A stretch of DNA of 64,000 nucleotides, taken from NCBI GenBank assembly GCA_024704765.1, contig JAKMXF010000340.1:159911-223910 (forward strand), in the 5' to 3' direction. The notes below the pieces were generated by a model. That model made no database searches. It saw only the letters and a program-made list of their open reading frames with translations, and was not told the DNA's origin. This DNA is from Oopsacas minuta (taxonomy: Eukaryota > Animalia > Porifera). The translations under genes and the position numbers were made by a program. Below, piece after piece: positions 21,716-33,867 of this stretch (position 1 is its first letter; every line of letters starts with the position of its first letter).

Positions 21716-23898
21716 ATGAGACTAGCCCTAGGCCTTGTGCTAGCATTAGCATTAATCGGTAAGCAAAATTTACACATACACTTTCCAAATAAATATTTAT
21801 AATTACATATGATAGCCCAACTAAATGGCGCCCAGCTTGACAAATATGACTATGATGTCATGTATGATGACCAAGAGGAATTTGATGACAAAAATTGGTT
21901 TGACAACCAAGGTAAGAAAATTTGTTAACAATATTACAGTTGTTCAAAATTTCCGCATATAATACACAAATTACTGGATATTTACATACCCATTACACGA
22001 AGTTGTGAAAATATCCGGTTTCAGCAGTATATTGAGATATACAAATACATTTCCATTTTTTGTTAAACACTGAAATATATGTAGAAGATGACATGGTTAA
22101 ACTCCCTCAAGGTGGAGATGAACAAATGAAAGCTCCAACTGAGGAGGATATCATGATGTCCTCTCCTCAAAAGGATGAGACTCTTCCAGAATCAAAGACT
22201 GTGAATAATGGAGAGACCTTTGAAGAATTGCTAGCAGGTAACGAGGGATATGTGTAAAATCTCCGATACGTTATTTAGAAAAATTACCCGATATGATAAA
22301 CTCGGTTCGATATTACTAAAATATGAAAATATTCAAAAATTCGGAAAATATGGATAAAATTTTGGTAAAATACAGAAATTTATGAAACTTTCGGGAACAA
22401 TTATCGTATTTCCATGTTTTGAATTTCGATATTTTGATATCACGTATATCGATAATTGGGGTATATGCCTGATATTTTTGATAGTTTTCGATCTTTTTGG
22501 AATGTAAGATATTTTAGAAATTTTCTTTTCGGATATATTCGTACTATACATTGCAGGTAAACTAATCAGTAAACTCTATCATACTTAACAACCCCTTGTA
22601 ACTGTTTCCGTGGATATTTTCCTCGAAATCCCTCGATTTTCAAACTTTCTCTGGAATTCTATTTTTCTATGCTAATTATACGAGTTTTTCCCTAATTTTA
22701 AACGATATATTTGTATTATTGTACAATACTTTTCCTATAGCAAAATCATCTTTACTTGGAGAACCTGTTGATGGTTAGTGTACATAAGTATTTGAGATAA
22801 ATCTGTCCAATGTTTATCTTAATTTTGTATTTTTAGAGGATACTATCGATATGAACATCTTCCCAAGAGAAGATGAGGTGGACAAATCGATGTTTCTGAG
22901 CGAGAAAGGTAAGTCATTTATTGTTGCCTAAAAAGTAATTTATCTAAAATGAGAGTTACATGGGACCATATAGCACATCCAATTTAGGTGCTTATAATTG
23001 AAGCATAGGGAAAAATACAAATTGAAAAGTAGTTACCGTATTTTCCTGAGTAAGCCACGAGGATAGAAAAAGATGTGGATAAAATGTATAGCCACCCTCT
23101 AGAAGAACACTTGTTGAAATTTCCGCCACATTTGACCATTCAACAAATTAGTTGCCCAAAATCTTTGTATTTCAAAAATTGAAAAGGCGAAAATGCCCAC
23201 GAAAATAATACTGTAATTATATTTCAATCACTTCTGTTGGACCAATTAAGATAAAGGAGAGTTGAAATCGAGAAAGTTTCGAGTCGGGTTCTGAAATGTG
23301 AACGATTCCAACTGATACAAAAGCTCTGCTTAATAGAATAATCAGTGGCCGCGTAATCGGATTTAAATGCCCTGGTCTCAAAGTGACCCATCAATCGGAG
23401 TCAATAGTAATAATTCAACATGCACTCTATTATTTGATTCTATTGTGTTTAGAAATGAATTTGACTGGATCCAGATGCTCAATGCCCATCCATTATCCCA
23501 ATAGAGGTGGAAAACGTGCTGTCCCTGGAACCCGATGGGTCGCTGTTAAATCTCATAAATGGCTTTATGCAACTATTTGTCGTACTTGCTATGGTGATAT
23601 CCCAGGCTTCTACTGGGGAGGTTATTGCTACTTTGAATATAATCGCCGGCTGTATCGTACATGTACTTGGGACTGGACTGGACTTATTTACGGCAAAACT
23701 TATCTGTATTCTAGATGTCACAGAAGTCGTTGTACCATCTTTGGTGGATACCAAAAGAATTACAAAAACCCATGGTTCCTTTGTGTAGCCAGGCACGGAG
23801 GTTGGCTAGTACCAGGAAAAGGTGACGTATATACTAGGTTATGCTGGTATTTAAAGGGTCGGCATTCCAGGAACTTCTATTGGCTTGTTGCCCATTAA
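21716..23898 (+). CDS. Secreted precursor (280 aa): signal peptide, acidic pro-region, GKR site, cationic Cys/Trp/Tyr-rich DM9/DUF3421-like domain
   Basis: Exons 21716-21758, 21816-21911, 22085-22237, 22741-22773, 22837-22908, 23453-23898; all GT-AG and phase 1, total 843 nt. The sequence begins MRLALGLVLALALIAQLNG. Two repeat-like halves contain IPG..YCYF and GG..VPGK..LCWY. Confidence 0.8.
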
Positions 23899-24440
23899 AT
23901 ACTGCTCAACAAATCAATAGCGCTCTTCAAATTACTACTAATATCTGCTGTGTAGGCCGTAGTAATCTATTCCAGTATTTCAGTATTGTATCTTAGGCAT
24001 TATTACTAACAATTAATAATTATCTTTGTTGTTGGTTAAAGTATATCGAAATTAATATTTCTCTCTATCAGTTTGTTTGTCAGTTAATATACACAATGGG
24101 AAAGTTGGGAGTATCTTTGGATGAGATTACATTTATTCTAATTTACTAATGATTAACAACTAAAGTCAACATACACTAGGCAAGTATGTTGCATCATGTG
24201 TATGGTGAGATTTCCATAATTGCATAGCAATAGAAAATGTCCTATTTGATCATTTTCCTGCAATGTTGCATGAAATTATACTTTTCATAACATTGTGTAT
24301 AGTGAACTTTAGGTTTTCAACGGCTAATCAGTGTCCATTAGGTAGAACTTTGGCCATTAGGGGTATAAATATGTTTAATTCCCATATATATATAACAAAA
24401 ATTGGAAAATGTGGGGGAAATGTATAGTAAACTAACAAAC

Positions 24441-26650
24441 TCAGAATATTGATAATTGCTTGACTGTAATTTGAAGAGTTATGTTGTGCTCTCTATAATA
24501 TTTCTCTTCTAATATTCCAGTGTTTGAAATGAATGTACGAGTTCCAAAACCTCCATTCCTCAGCTTAGCAGGTCTCTTGAAACTATTTGGATATTTATCC
24601 AAATCTTTCTTAGTAACTTCATCGGAATAAACAAAATTATCTTCATTATTAATCTGATTGAGAAGAACAAACGTCCATTTGTATTTGATAGGCCAGTGTA
24701 ACATATGATCATAATTCCCCTTCATAATTAGAATGAAACAACCTACTTTACCTGTGTTAGCAAAATCCCATACAATACGCCCCTGACACTTGTATAGGCC
24801 TACATAGAATGGATCACTGTAACTTGTTTCTTTGCGAAGTATTTTCATTTTAACATTTCCAATCTTCCATTCAAACTCTCCTATAGAAACTTTTGTAGAT
24901 AGTTCTTGATTTTGTTCTTCTAGAGTTGATATTCTTTCAGTCGCTTTAGCTAATTGAGAAATTGCTGTATCCAATTTGTCTTGCATATCTATCATTGATA
25001 ACCTGAAGTGAATGTGTAAGGATTCTTTCTCGTGATGTTTCAACTCTCTTCTTTCCATCTCCTCTCTACATCCATTATTCCAATAAATACACTGTATTAT
25101 CTGTAGAGGACACTCGTTTGATAAATGAGCAGGAATATCTCTCCTCTTCATCCCTTCCTTTCCATTTGTACCGCATCCATTAGGACATGGAACTGGAAAG
25201 TCCTCACAGACCTCTAGATGAGGATTCATCCAACAAGCCTCCACTTTATCGTTACAGAATTCACAAATGATTTTTCTCAATGGACACGAGTCTATCTGAT
25301 GTTCTAGAATATGTCTCCTCTCTATTTTAACAACTTTCCCCTTCCTCTCTCCTTCTAGAACCGCACACCCCAGCGGGCATACAACAGAAAGGAACTTACA
25401 TTCATCTAGATGGTGTAGTACTGTTTTAACTGTGTAACTCCAATCGCATCCACTCCCTTTTAGAGGGCAACGAATCTATGAATAATAATGTTGTAAATAG
25501 GTTCAAACATAACTTCAATTATCTCAAAACGATGTTTTTCGCCACAGCACTAATTTTCATAGAAGTATGAATAGTCCTTAAGCTCTGAAAATTTATGGGA
25601 AGTATTTATACAATGTTTTGCCTGATATCTAGACCACATTTGGAATGAATGAACGAATATTTCTCATGATATCACACCCTAAGCCCTGCGGACTCCGGTT
25701 TTTAGCCTATTTTTGCCGGACCCCACATCAAACGTTAATACCTTCTTATTGGGGAGGTACTCGGGCCTAATTGTGGTCTAGAAAATTAGAACTACATATT
25801 GTTAGCATATATAGCAATTTATAGGTCTTAGGCAATAGTCCTTCTTCAAAAAACAATTGGGTATATGGCCCGAACTTCAATGTTATGTCTATGGGAGGAC
25901 TTTTGCCCCCTTTTCATGCCCAATTCGTAATACACAATAGATACATCAGGGTTTATGATTATTATCTCTTAGTTTGGCCCTTGCAACGAGCTGGAAAACA
26001 TTAAACATGTAGAATGGCATATACTTTAGAAAAAAGCATTCTTAAGTTGAAAAATGGTCATGAATCGTGGAAGTATACAAAAGAGTATGTAGCACACAAA
26101 TTATTCGTATCTGCACAGCGCAAACCAAATAACATGCACTATGTCCAAAAATTTCATATTCTCACAATATTGAAAAGATTTTCTTGAAAGTGAAAACTCA
26201 TTTAGGTGCTACCCACATAATATTTCCCAAAAATTGTAGAATAATTCATTCAGGCATCATGAATTATGAATATTTGATATATCGAATATTCGAATAAATC
26301 ATTATTTCCTAAATAGGTCAATTAAGGAACAAACAACAGTTATACGTCGTAACCATTGACAATTAAATTACCATTTTCTCGTTGACAATTTCACGATTGA
26401 CTTTAACAGGTTGCCATGGTGCACCTCTAGGAATGCAAATTCTACATTTGAATTCTTCTTGACAAATACAAGCTTCTCTCAATAAACCTTTACAAAAAGT
26501 ACACATCAATAATTTCTCTTCTACCCTGCTGGATAACTTCTCCTTCAACAATTCTAATCTCCAGCCTCTATAGCTATCATCTTCTGTCTTCACGTAGACT
26601 AAGTCCTCTTTCCAGAATCTCTCTTCTGTGTCCTCCAACTCTTCTGCCAT
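24441..26650 (-). CDS. TRAF-like protein, copy 1 (degenerate RING-like, TRAF zinc fingers, coiled coil, MATH), 437 aa
   Basis: Exons 26372-26650 and 24441-25475 (phase 0). Motifs: CEFC..HLEVC..VPCPNGC, CPLQIIQCIYWNNGC, MATH FEWKI..SDPFY..GNYDHMLHWP. Confidence 0.88.
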
Positions 26651-26944
26651 ACTACAATTTGTAAAAATAATATAGCATAGAAAGTATTGATATAGTCAGC
26701 TAAGAGGACAATCAGCTAATGGGTTATTTTTATTAATTTGTAAGGAAACCGTATCAACTAATATGGAATCACTTGCGAGAATATTACAATTCGTACTAAC
26801 CATTCTAACAGTAAAATCTCTAACAAATAGAAATCTAAAGCCTACCACACTGTCTATACACGATGTAACTTCGTTGGCATGCAAAGAATGTGCTCGCAAA
26901 TATCTGAAAATTTTGAGAGCAAATTTACAACACTGTTACACGTT

Positions 26945-27166
26945 TTCCATCAGATTAATAATGAAGATAATTTTGTTTATTCCAATGAAGTTACTAAGAA
27001 TGATTTGGATAAATATCCAGAGTGTTTCAAGAGACCTGTTGACCTGTGGAATAGATGTTTTGGATGTCCTACATTCATTTCAAACACTGAAATATTAGAA
27101 GAGAAATATTGTAAAGAAAACAACATAACTCTTCAAATTTCAGTCGAGCAACTATTAAAATTCTGA
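26945..27166 (+). pseudogene. Inverted 3' fragment of a TRAF-like gene (end of MATH), with its 3' flank continuing to about 27730
   Basis: HQINNEDNFVYSNEVTKNDLDKYPECFKRP...LQISVEQLLKF matches the C-termini of both TRAF copies; no upstream TRAF sequence in this orientation. Confidence 0.85.
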
Positions 27167-27986
27167 CTTTGTTAGTTTACTATATATTTCCAAGTTCCAA
27201 CTGTTATTTATTGTTATTATATTTTCATTGGAATTAAACATATTTTACCGCTTTTGACCTAAGTTCTGCCTAAAGAACACTGATTATCCATCGAAAACCT
27301 ACACAATGCAATGGAAATATATTTTCATGCAGCATTGCAGGAAATGATCAAGTAAAACAAGCTCTATTGCCATACAAATATGAAAATCTCACCATACACA
27401 GTACGATGCAATTTGATTGCACGCAACAACTGCAACATATTTTGTAGCTTTAGTCATTAATCATTAGTGAATTTGAATAAATTGAATCTCATACAAAGAT
27501 AATCCCAACTTTCCCATTGTCTAAACTGACAAACAAACCGTAATTGTTGGTAACATGATCTAGCCTAAGATACAATACTGGAATAGAATTTATCATAAAT
27601 AATACGACCTAAACAGCAGATATTAGTAGTAATTTGAAGAGCGATATTGATTGTTTGACCATCGCAGTATTCAACGGGAAATAACCAAACCTTTCCATAC
27701 CAACATAAACCTCTATATACGTCAGATATTAGACTTCCATAAACAAATATCAGATTTCCTGACTTGCATGCTAATAGAGCATGCTCTATTTGATCATTTC
27801 TTGCAATGTTGTGCATGAAATTATACTTTCATACCACCGTGTATAGTGAACTTTATGTTTTCTACGGCTAATCAGTACCCATTAGATAGAATTTTGGCCA
27901 CGAGCGGGATAAATATGTTTAATTCCCATATATATATATAACAAAAATTGGAAATCAAGGTGGAAATGTATAGTAAACCAACAAAC

Positions 27987-29510
27987 TCAGAATATTGATA
28001 ATTGCGTGACTGAAATTTGAAGAGTTGTGTTGTGTTCTTTACAATATTTCTCTTCTAGTATTTCAGTGTTTGAAATGAATGTTTGAGTTCCAAAACATCT
28101 ATTCCCCAGGTCAACAGGTCTCTGGAAACACTCTGGATATTCAGCCAAATCATTCTTAGTAACTTCATTGGAATAAATAAAATTATCTTCATTATTAATC
28201 TGATTGAGAAGAACAAACGTCCATTTGTATTTGATTGGCCAGTGTAGCATATGATCATAATGCCCTTTCATAATATTAATGAAACAACCTACTTTACCTG
28301 CGTTATCATGATTCCATACAATACACCCCTGACACTTGTATAAACCTACATAGAATGGATCACTGTAACTTTCTTCTTGGCTAAGTATTTTCATTTTAAC
28401 ATTTCCAATCTTCCATTCTAACTCTCCTTTGGAAATTTCTGTGGATAGTTCTTGATTTTGTTCTTCTAGAATTGATATTCTTTCAGTCGCTTTAGTTAAT
28501 TGAGAAATTGCTGTATCCAATTTGTCTTGCATATCTATCATTGATAACCTGAAGTGAATGTGTAAGGATTCTTTCTCATGATGTTTCAACTCTCTCCTTT
28601 CCATCTCCTCTCTACATCCATTATTCCAATAAATACACTGTATTATCTGTAGAGGACACTCGTTTGATAAATGAGCAGGAATATCTCTCCTCCTCATCCC
28701 TTCCTTTCCATTTGTAACGCATCCATTAGGACATAGAACTGGAAAGTCCTCACAGACCTCTAGATGAGGATTCATCAGACAAGCCTCCACTTTATTGTCA
28801 CAGAATTCACAAATGAGTTTCCTCAAGGGACATGAGCTTATCATATGTTCTGAAATATGTCTCCTCTCTATCTTAACAACTTCCCCCTTCCTCTTTCCTT
28901 CTAGAACCGCACACCCCAGCGGACATACAACAGGGAAGAATTCACAGTCCTCTAGGTGGTGTAGTACTGTACTAACTGTGTTGCTCCAATCGCATCCATT
29001 CACTTTTAGAGGGCAACAAATCTATAGATAAATATAGTGAAACCAGGTAACACGGACTGCGGAGTAAAAACATGTAGAACGAATTTCTAGTCCCATACAA
29101 ATGAACATCTTACAAACTGAGAATTTGCTCGAAACTGGAAAAACGGCCATTTTCGGCGTTCCGTATGTGGAAGTTACATAGATGATATATTTGTAAATAC
29201 ATACGACAGAAAGTAACAACAAATATATTACCATTTTCTCGTTGACAATTTCACGATTGACTTTAACAGGTTGCCATGGTACACCTTCAGGAGTGCAAAC
29301 TCTACATTTGAATTCTTCTTGACAAATACAAGCTTCTCTCAATAAACCTTTACAAAAAGTACACATCAATAATTTCTCTTCTATCCTGCTGGATAGCTTC
29401 TCTATCAACAAATCTAATCTCCAGCCTCTATAGCTATCATCTTCTGCCCTCACGTAGACTAAGTCCTCTTTCCAGAATCTCCCTTCTGTGTCCTCCAACT
29501 TTTCTGCCAT
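27987..29510 (-). CDS. TRAF-like protein, copy 2, 437 aa
   Basis: Exons 29232-29510 and 27987-29021, the same lengths as in copy 1; highly similar protein. Confidence 0.88.
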
Positions 29511-30193
29511 ACTACTATACAAAGTAATAGTATAGAAAGTATTGATGTAGTCTGCTAACAGGTCAATAATCCATTATGGGTTATTTTTATTCAATTATAT
29601 AGATTCAACTAGCGAGAATAATACTAACCATTTAATTTTTGGTAATAATGCCTAATATACAATAATGAAATAGAATTTTATCATATAATATTACTGCCTA
29701 AACACCAAATATTAGTAGTAATTTGAAGAGCGATATTTATTGTTTGACTATCGCATTATTCAACGGGAAATAACCCAATAGAATGTCTTGGTACACCAAT
29801 CCTTACCATGCCAACATAAACTTCTATATACGTCAGCATCACCTGGAATTAGCCATTTTCCATGCTTTGCAGCACATAAGAAGAGGGGGTTCTTGTATCC
29901 CTTTTCACTTACCTATGATTTGCTCGATATTTAATTTCCTAATTTTATTACAGAAAACATAGAACAAACATTAAACATCATAATGTCAGACTTTGATACC
30001 ATATAACTAAGCATTTGTCTAATCTATATTCAGATTGTATTACAGATAAAGCAAGCACAATGTTAAGAAGCAATTCATAATTAAGCCATAATTTGGCTTC
30101 AAACATTAAACAAATTCATGTATAATCCAAAGAATTTCATATGGTTTAACTGATGATTTGTGTTCTAACATGTGTTGAACTTTACAAAAATAA

Positions 30194-31036
30194 CGAAATT
30201 ATATAAATAAACGTAATAATATCACAAAATATCCAAAAACATGTATTTATACCCAAGTCACTTTAGCGAAGAATATAATCGCAGTTTTCTTAATTGTTGC
30301 AAATTGTTTTTCGGTTATTTTCGCGATTGTCACCATCTCTATATCAGTCACAGCAATAAGTTCCCTTCAAGTCATACAAGATTTAGATGGACGTTTGTAT
30401 TACCTAACAAACGCGATCGGGTTAATAGCTTTCTGCGGTGTACTTTGGCTGATTTCTTCATGGATAGGAACATTCGCCGCTTGCGCAACATTCTATAGTT
30501 CAAGAGATATCTGTAAGCAGACTGCCTATGGGTCACACACTGTATTTTTGTTTCTAATGATAATTTTGGTTGTATTTGAATTCATAGGGGCTATGGTAGT
30601 ATTCAGTATACGTGATGATTTGGTGGATAATTTTGAAGATGTCTACCTCGAGATGTTACAAAATGGATTATCAACACAAACGGAGGATTATAAATACGAA
30701 TTAGCATTGGATCGTTTACAAACATATTTTACTTGCTGTGGCTATAATGGTCCTGAAGATTATTCGACTACAGAATTTGGTGCTTATGGGCGATTAGTCA
30801 AAAGTTGTTGTGCTTTTACTCAAAGCAGTTTTGACCAATGCTATCAGATTGGCCCTGGGGTAATTAACTACGGTTGTAAATCAAAGATTGAAGATTTGAT
30901 CACTAAACATTATACAGAAATTGGTACTGTAGGGATATGTTTTGGTTTTGTTGAACTATTATCGATAACTTTAAGCTGTTTGTTGATGTTTTTCATATAT
31001 AAGGAAGATGCTGGCTGTGTCTATACGAAATGTTGA
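30194..31036 (+). CDS. Tetraspanin; start codon not identified
   Basis: Large extracellular loop with CCG, CC and further Cys (FTCCGYNGPEDY..KSCC..GC). Four TM segments if the open frame upstream of 30395 (NIIAVFLIVANCFSVIFAIVTISISV) is included. No in-frame ATG between the stop at 30191 and TM1. Confidence 0.85.
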   Translation, partial: RNYINKRNNITKYPKTCIYTQVTLAKNIIAVFLIVANCFSVIFAIVTISISVTAISSLQVIQDLDGRLYYLTNAIGLIAFCGVLWLISSWIGTFAACATFYSSRDICKQTAYGSHTVFLFLMIILVVFEFIGAMVVFSIRDDLVDNFEDVYLEMLQNGLSTQTEDYKYELALDRLQTYFTCCGYNGPEDYSTTEFGAYGRLVKSCCAFTQSSFDQCYQIGPGVINYGCKSKIEDLITKHYTEIGTVGICFGFVELLSITLSCLLMFFIYKEDAGCVYTKC

Positions 31037-31862
31037 TGTTGGAGTATATTTTCATATAATTTGTTGAATATTTTTGTAATAATCTGATCATTTATACCCT
31101 ATTGTTAAGTAAATTCTTTTTGGTTTATTCTATAACAAATGCAATACTATACATGCTAACTGTCCCGATTTTTTGGACATCTGTTGAGGGTCAATGAGGC
31201 TAATGTCACACCAAAACTTGCCAAAACCTTCATTGTCCCTCTGTTTTGTAGTCAAGTATAATAGAAATTGCGATATCCTGTTGAATATGTATCTTCCGTC
31301 TCGCATTTTTCTACACTCAGATTGGTAAGTATGTAATACATGATGTAAGAATACATTTTTGAGCATTAAGAGCCCAAGATTGGGAAAGTGAAAATGGAAT
31401 TTCGGGGAGGAATCATGAACTGTAGAGTTTCATGTATAATGTTCTTACAAGTCATACAATCATTTTTGATACTTGCCAACACTATGTAACTAATTTTTCC
31501 GAAATACATTTCAAGAAAGAGAACGAAGCCTCCCTCTGGCTGAAAAAAAGGAGATCTTGGCAGAACTTAGCTTAAAATTGTCAACCAAGGAATAAAAGTG
31601 GTCAAATTAAGTTATTATTGCTCGTATTGTGTAATATCTTTTAGCGGGAAATTTTCCTATATTATCCTATGCTAATACTACTGATGTAATAGAGTCATTT
31701 TTATGATGTTTATGAGTTATAACTAATGGAAATAGTAAGCATGTAACCAAATATTGCTTATATACTGAATATTTCCCCTAATTACTATGTAAAAACAAGG
31801 CAACGTAATACATGCATATACATATATATATTCAATAGAATTTAGTTTCATGAATTACACAA

Positions 31863-33017
31863 ATGGGTATCAACAATCTAAATTTGAATTACTGGATCGT
31901 TAAGTTATCCACATCTTCAATACTCACCTTACTTGTATGTATTTTCTATACAATATGGACAGTAAAAGTTGTACAACATCTAATTCAATCAATAAATTCG
32001 TATAAAATGAATAAAAAAGAGGATTTTCGTGATCGTCGTGAACAAGATAGAATTATATATAACCTCGAAACGCACATAGTGAAGGATGTAATTTTAATAT
32101 TTCTATGTTGTGCGGAAGTTTGTGAGGTTATTGTTGTATTAATTAGCGGGATAAAAACATCAATATGGATGCGATATAAGGGCAAAAGTGAACCAATACT
32201 AACACCGACTGATTGTCAATTGGGCAGGTTTTTCAAGAACATTTTTTCAATTGATATAACTTACGGAACTGTGAATGACAGATTTTATGGAATATTAATA
32301 TATTCATTTATATCTATTGGAGCAATTATATTTCTTCTATTACTTTCATTCCTTACAGAGTATCTTGCAAAAAGATACTACATACACAGATATTGCAAAT
32401 CCACTATCAAATATCTATTGTTATTTACTTTACAATTCACAGTTTTGTTGATATTGACTAATTTAGAAATTTGGATTTTGCAATTTATCATCGCTCCATT
32501 AATGGTAATGCTTGACTGGTGTGTTTTAGTGAGAAACTGTAGAAAACTACGTCACGTTCTTGCGTCAAATGTTAGAGATTTAGACTTACATTACACAAAT
32601 CGACATCTCTATAGAGAACAATCTCAACTCTTACAAACATACAATTATTTCATGCCTATCCTATTAACTGCGTTGTTTTTTGGTGTGCTAACCCTCGTTT
32701 TCCATCAGTACATGTTCATTGTATTTACATTCATTTCATATTCCTGCATTCCTAACAACGGTGTAGCAAATGTGAATGCCATTCCGATACAAGATACTCA
32801 ATTATGTGGAACTGTAACTGCTATTTTAGATTTTGGAACCCTTGTTTTGGTATCTGTCCATTTTCTTCTTCTGGGATTACCTTTGTATGCTATTTCTACA
32901 CAAATGTGTATTTCAGCTTGTATTAAGAGGTTTAGCAGGAAGAAACAGAAAACAAGATTTAATGTTACAGATTTCCCACAATTACTAGAAAGGCATAGAT
33001 TACACATGTATAAATGA
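31863..33017 (+). CDS. Orphan 7-transmembrane (GPCR-like) protein, copy A
   Basis: 384-aa intronless ORF with seven hydrophobic segments, EYLAKRY after TM3 and LPLY in TM7. Confidence 0.8.
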   Translation: MGINNLNLNYWIVKLSTSSILTLLVCIFYTIWTVKVVQHLIQSINSYKMNKKEDFRDRREQDRIIYNLETHIVKDVILIFLCCAEVCEVIVVLISGIKTSIWMRYKGKSEPILTPTDCQLGRFFKNIFSIDITYGTVNDRFYGILIYSFISIGAIIFLLLLSFLTEYLAKRYYIHRYCKSTIKYLLLFTLQFTVLLILTNLEIWILQFIIAPLMVMLDWCVLVRNCRKLRHVLASNVRDLDLHYTNRHLYREQSQLLQTYNYFMPILLTALFFGVLTLVFHQYMFIVFTFISYSCIPNNGVANVNAIPIQDTQLCGTVTAILDFGTLVLVSVHFLLLGLPLYAISTQMCISACIKRFSRKKQKTRFNVTDFPQLLERHRLHMYK

Positions 33018-33867
33018 ATACAGAGAATACACAGATTTTGATTGACAGATAATATACACCCATTTTGTAAAATATTGTGCATGCTCTGTTTGGGATATAT
33101 TTATATTGTATTTAGACTTCTAAGTGTAGATAAAGTACTTGTGTGTGTAATTGCTGTAATCTAACGTTTGTAATTGCCTAACAAAATGTAAATGTAATTA
33201 TAATGGAATTAAGGTAGATGTGATTATAGAGGTTGGCTGAATAATGTACAGTAAATAAAACATAAATATGCACACATTTAATCGCATCTGAGATGCTTAA
33301 AAACAATTCAATCAAGTTCCTAAGTATTTCAAAAGTACCTACGTATAGAAGATTGGTCCAAACTCTACACACAAGACAAGTTGAATTATACATGGATGGG
33401 TTTCGCCATGCCTGTTTTGGAAATGTTTCCACCTATGATACTTGTGTATGAGTTAGCCCTTGTTGGATATACAGTACTACGCTTAATAGGGTCACAGGCC
33501 ATTTTCACCCGATTAAGCGGAATAAAGGTGTTGGATTGATTAACCGGAGTAATTTACCAATGCGTAGGTACTTTTGAAATATTTAGGAACTTGATTGAAT
33601 TGTTTTAAGCACCTTAGATGCGATTAAATGTGTGCATATTTATGTTTTATTTACTGTACATTATTCAGCCAAGCTCTATAATCACATCTACCTTAATTCC
33701 ATTATAATTACATCTACATTTTGTTAGGCAATTACAAATACAAGTATTTTATCTACACTTTAAAGTCTAAATACTATATATATATATATACTCAAACAAG
33801 GCAGGCACAATATTTTACCAAATGGGTGTATATTATCTGTCAATCAAAATCTGTGTGTTCTTTGTAT

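Noticed and set aside
25280-25475. Apparent 5' truncation or frameshift of TRAF copy 1
   Set aside because: The frame is open up to the splice acceptor at 25475; the ORF caller simply started at a TTG.
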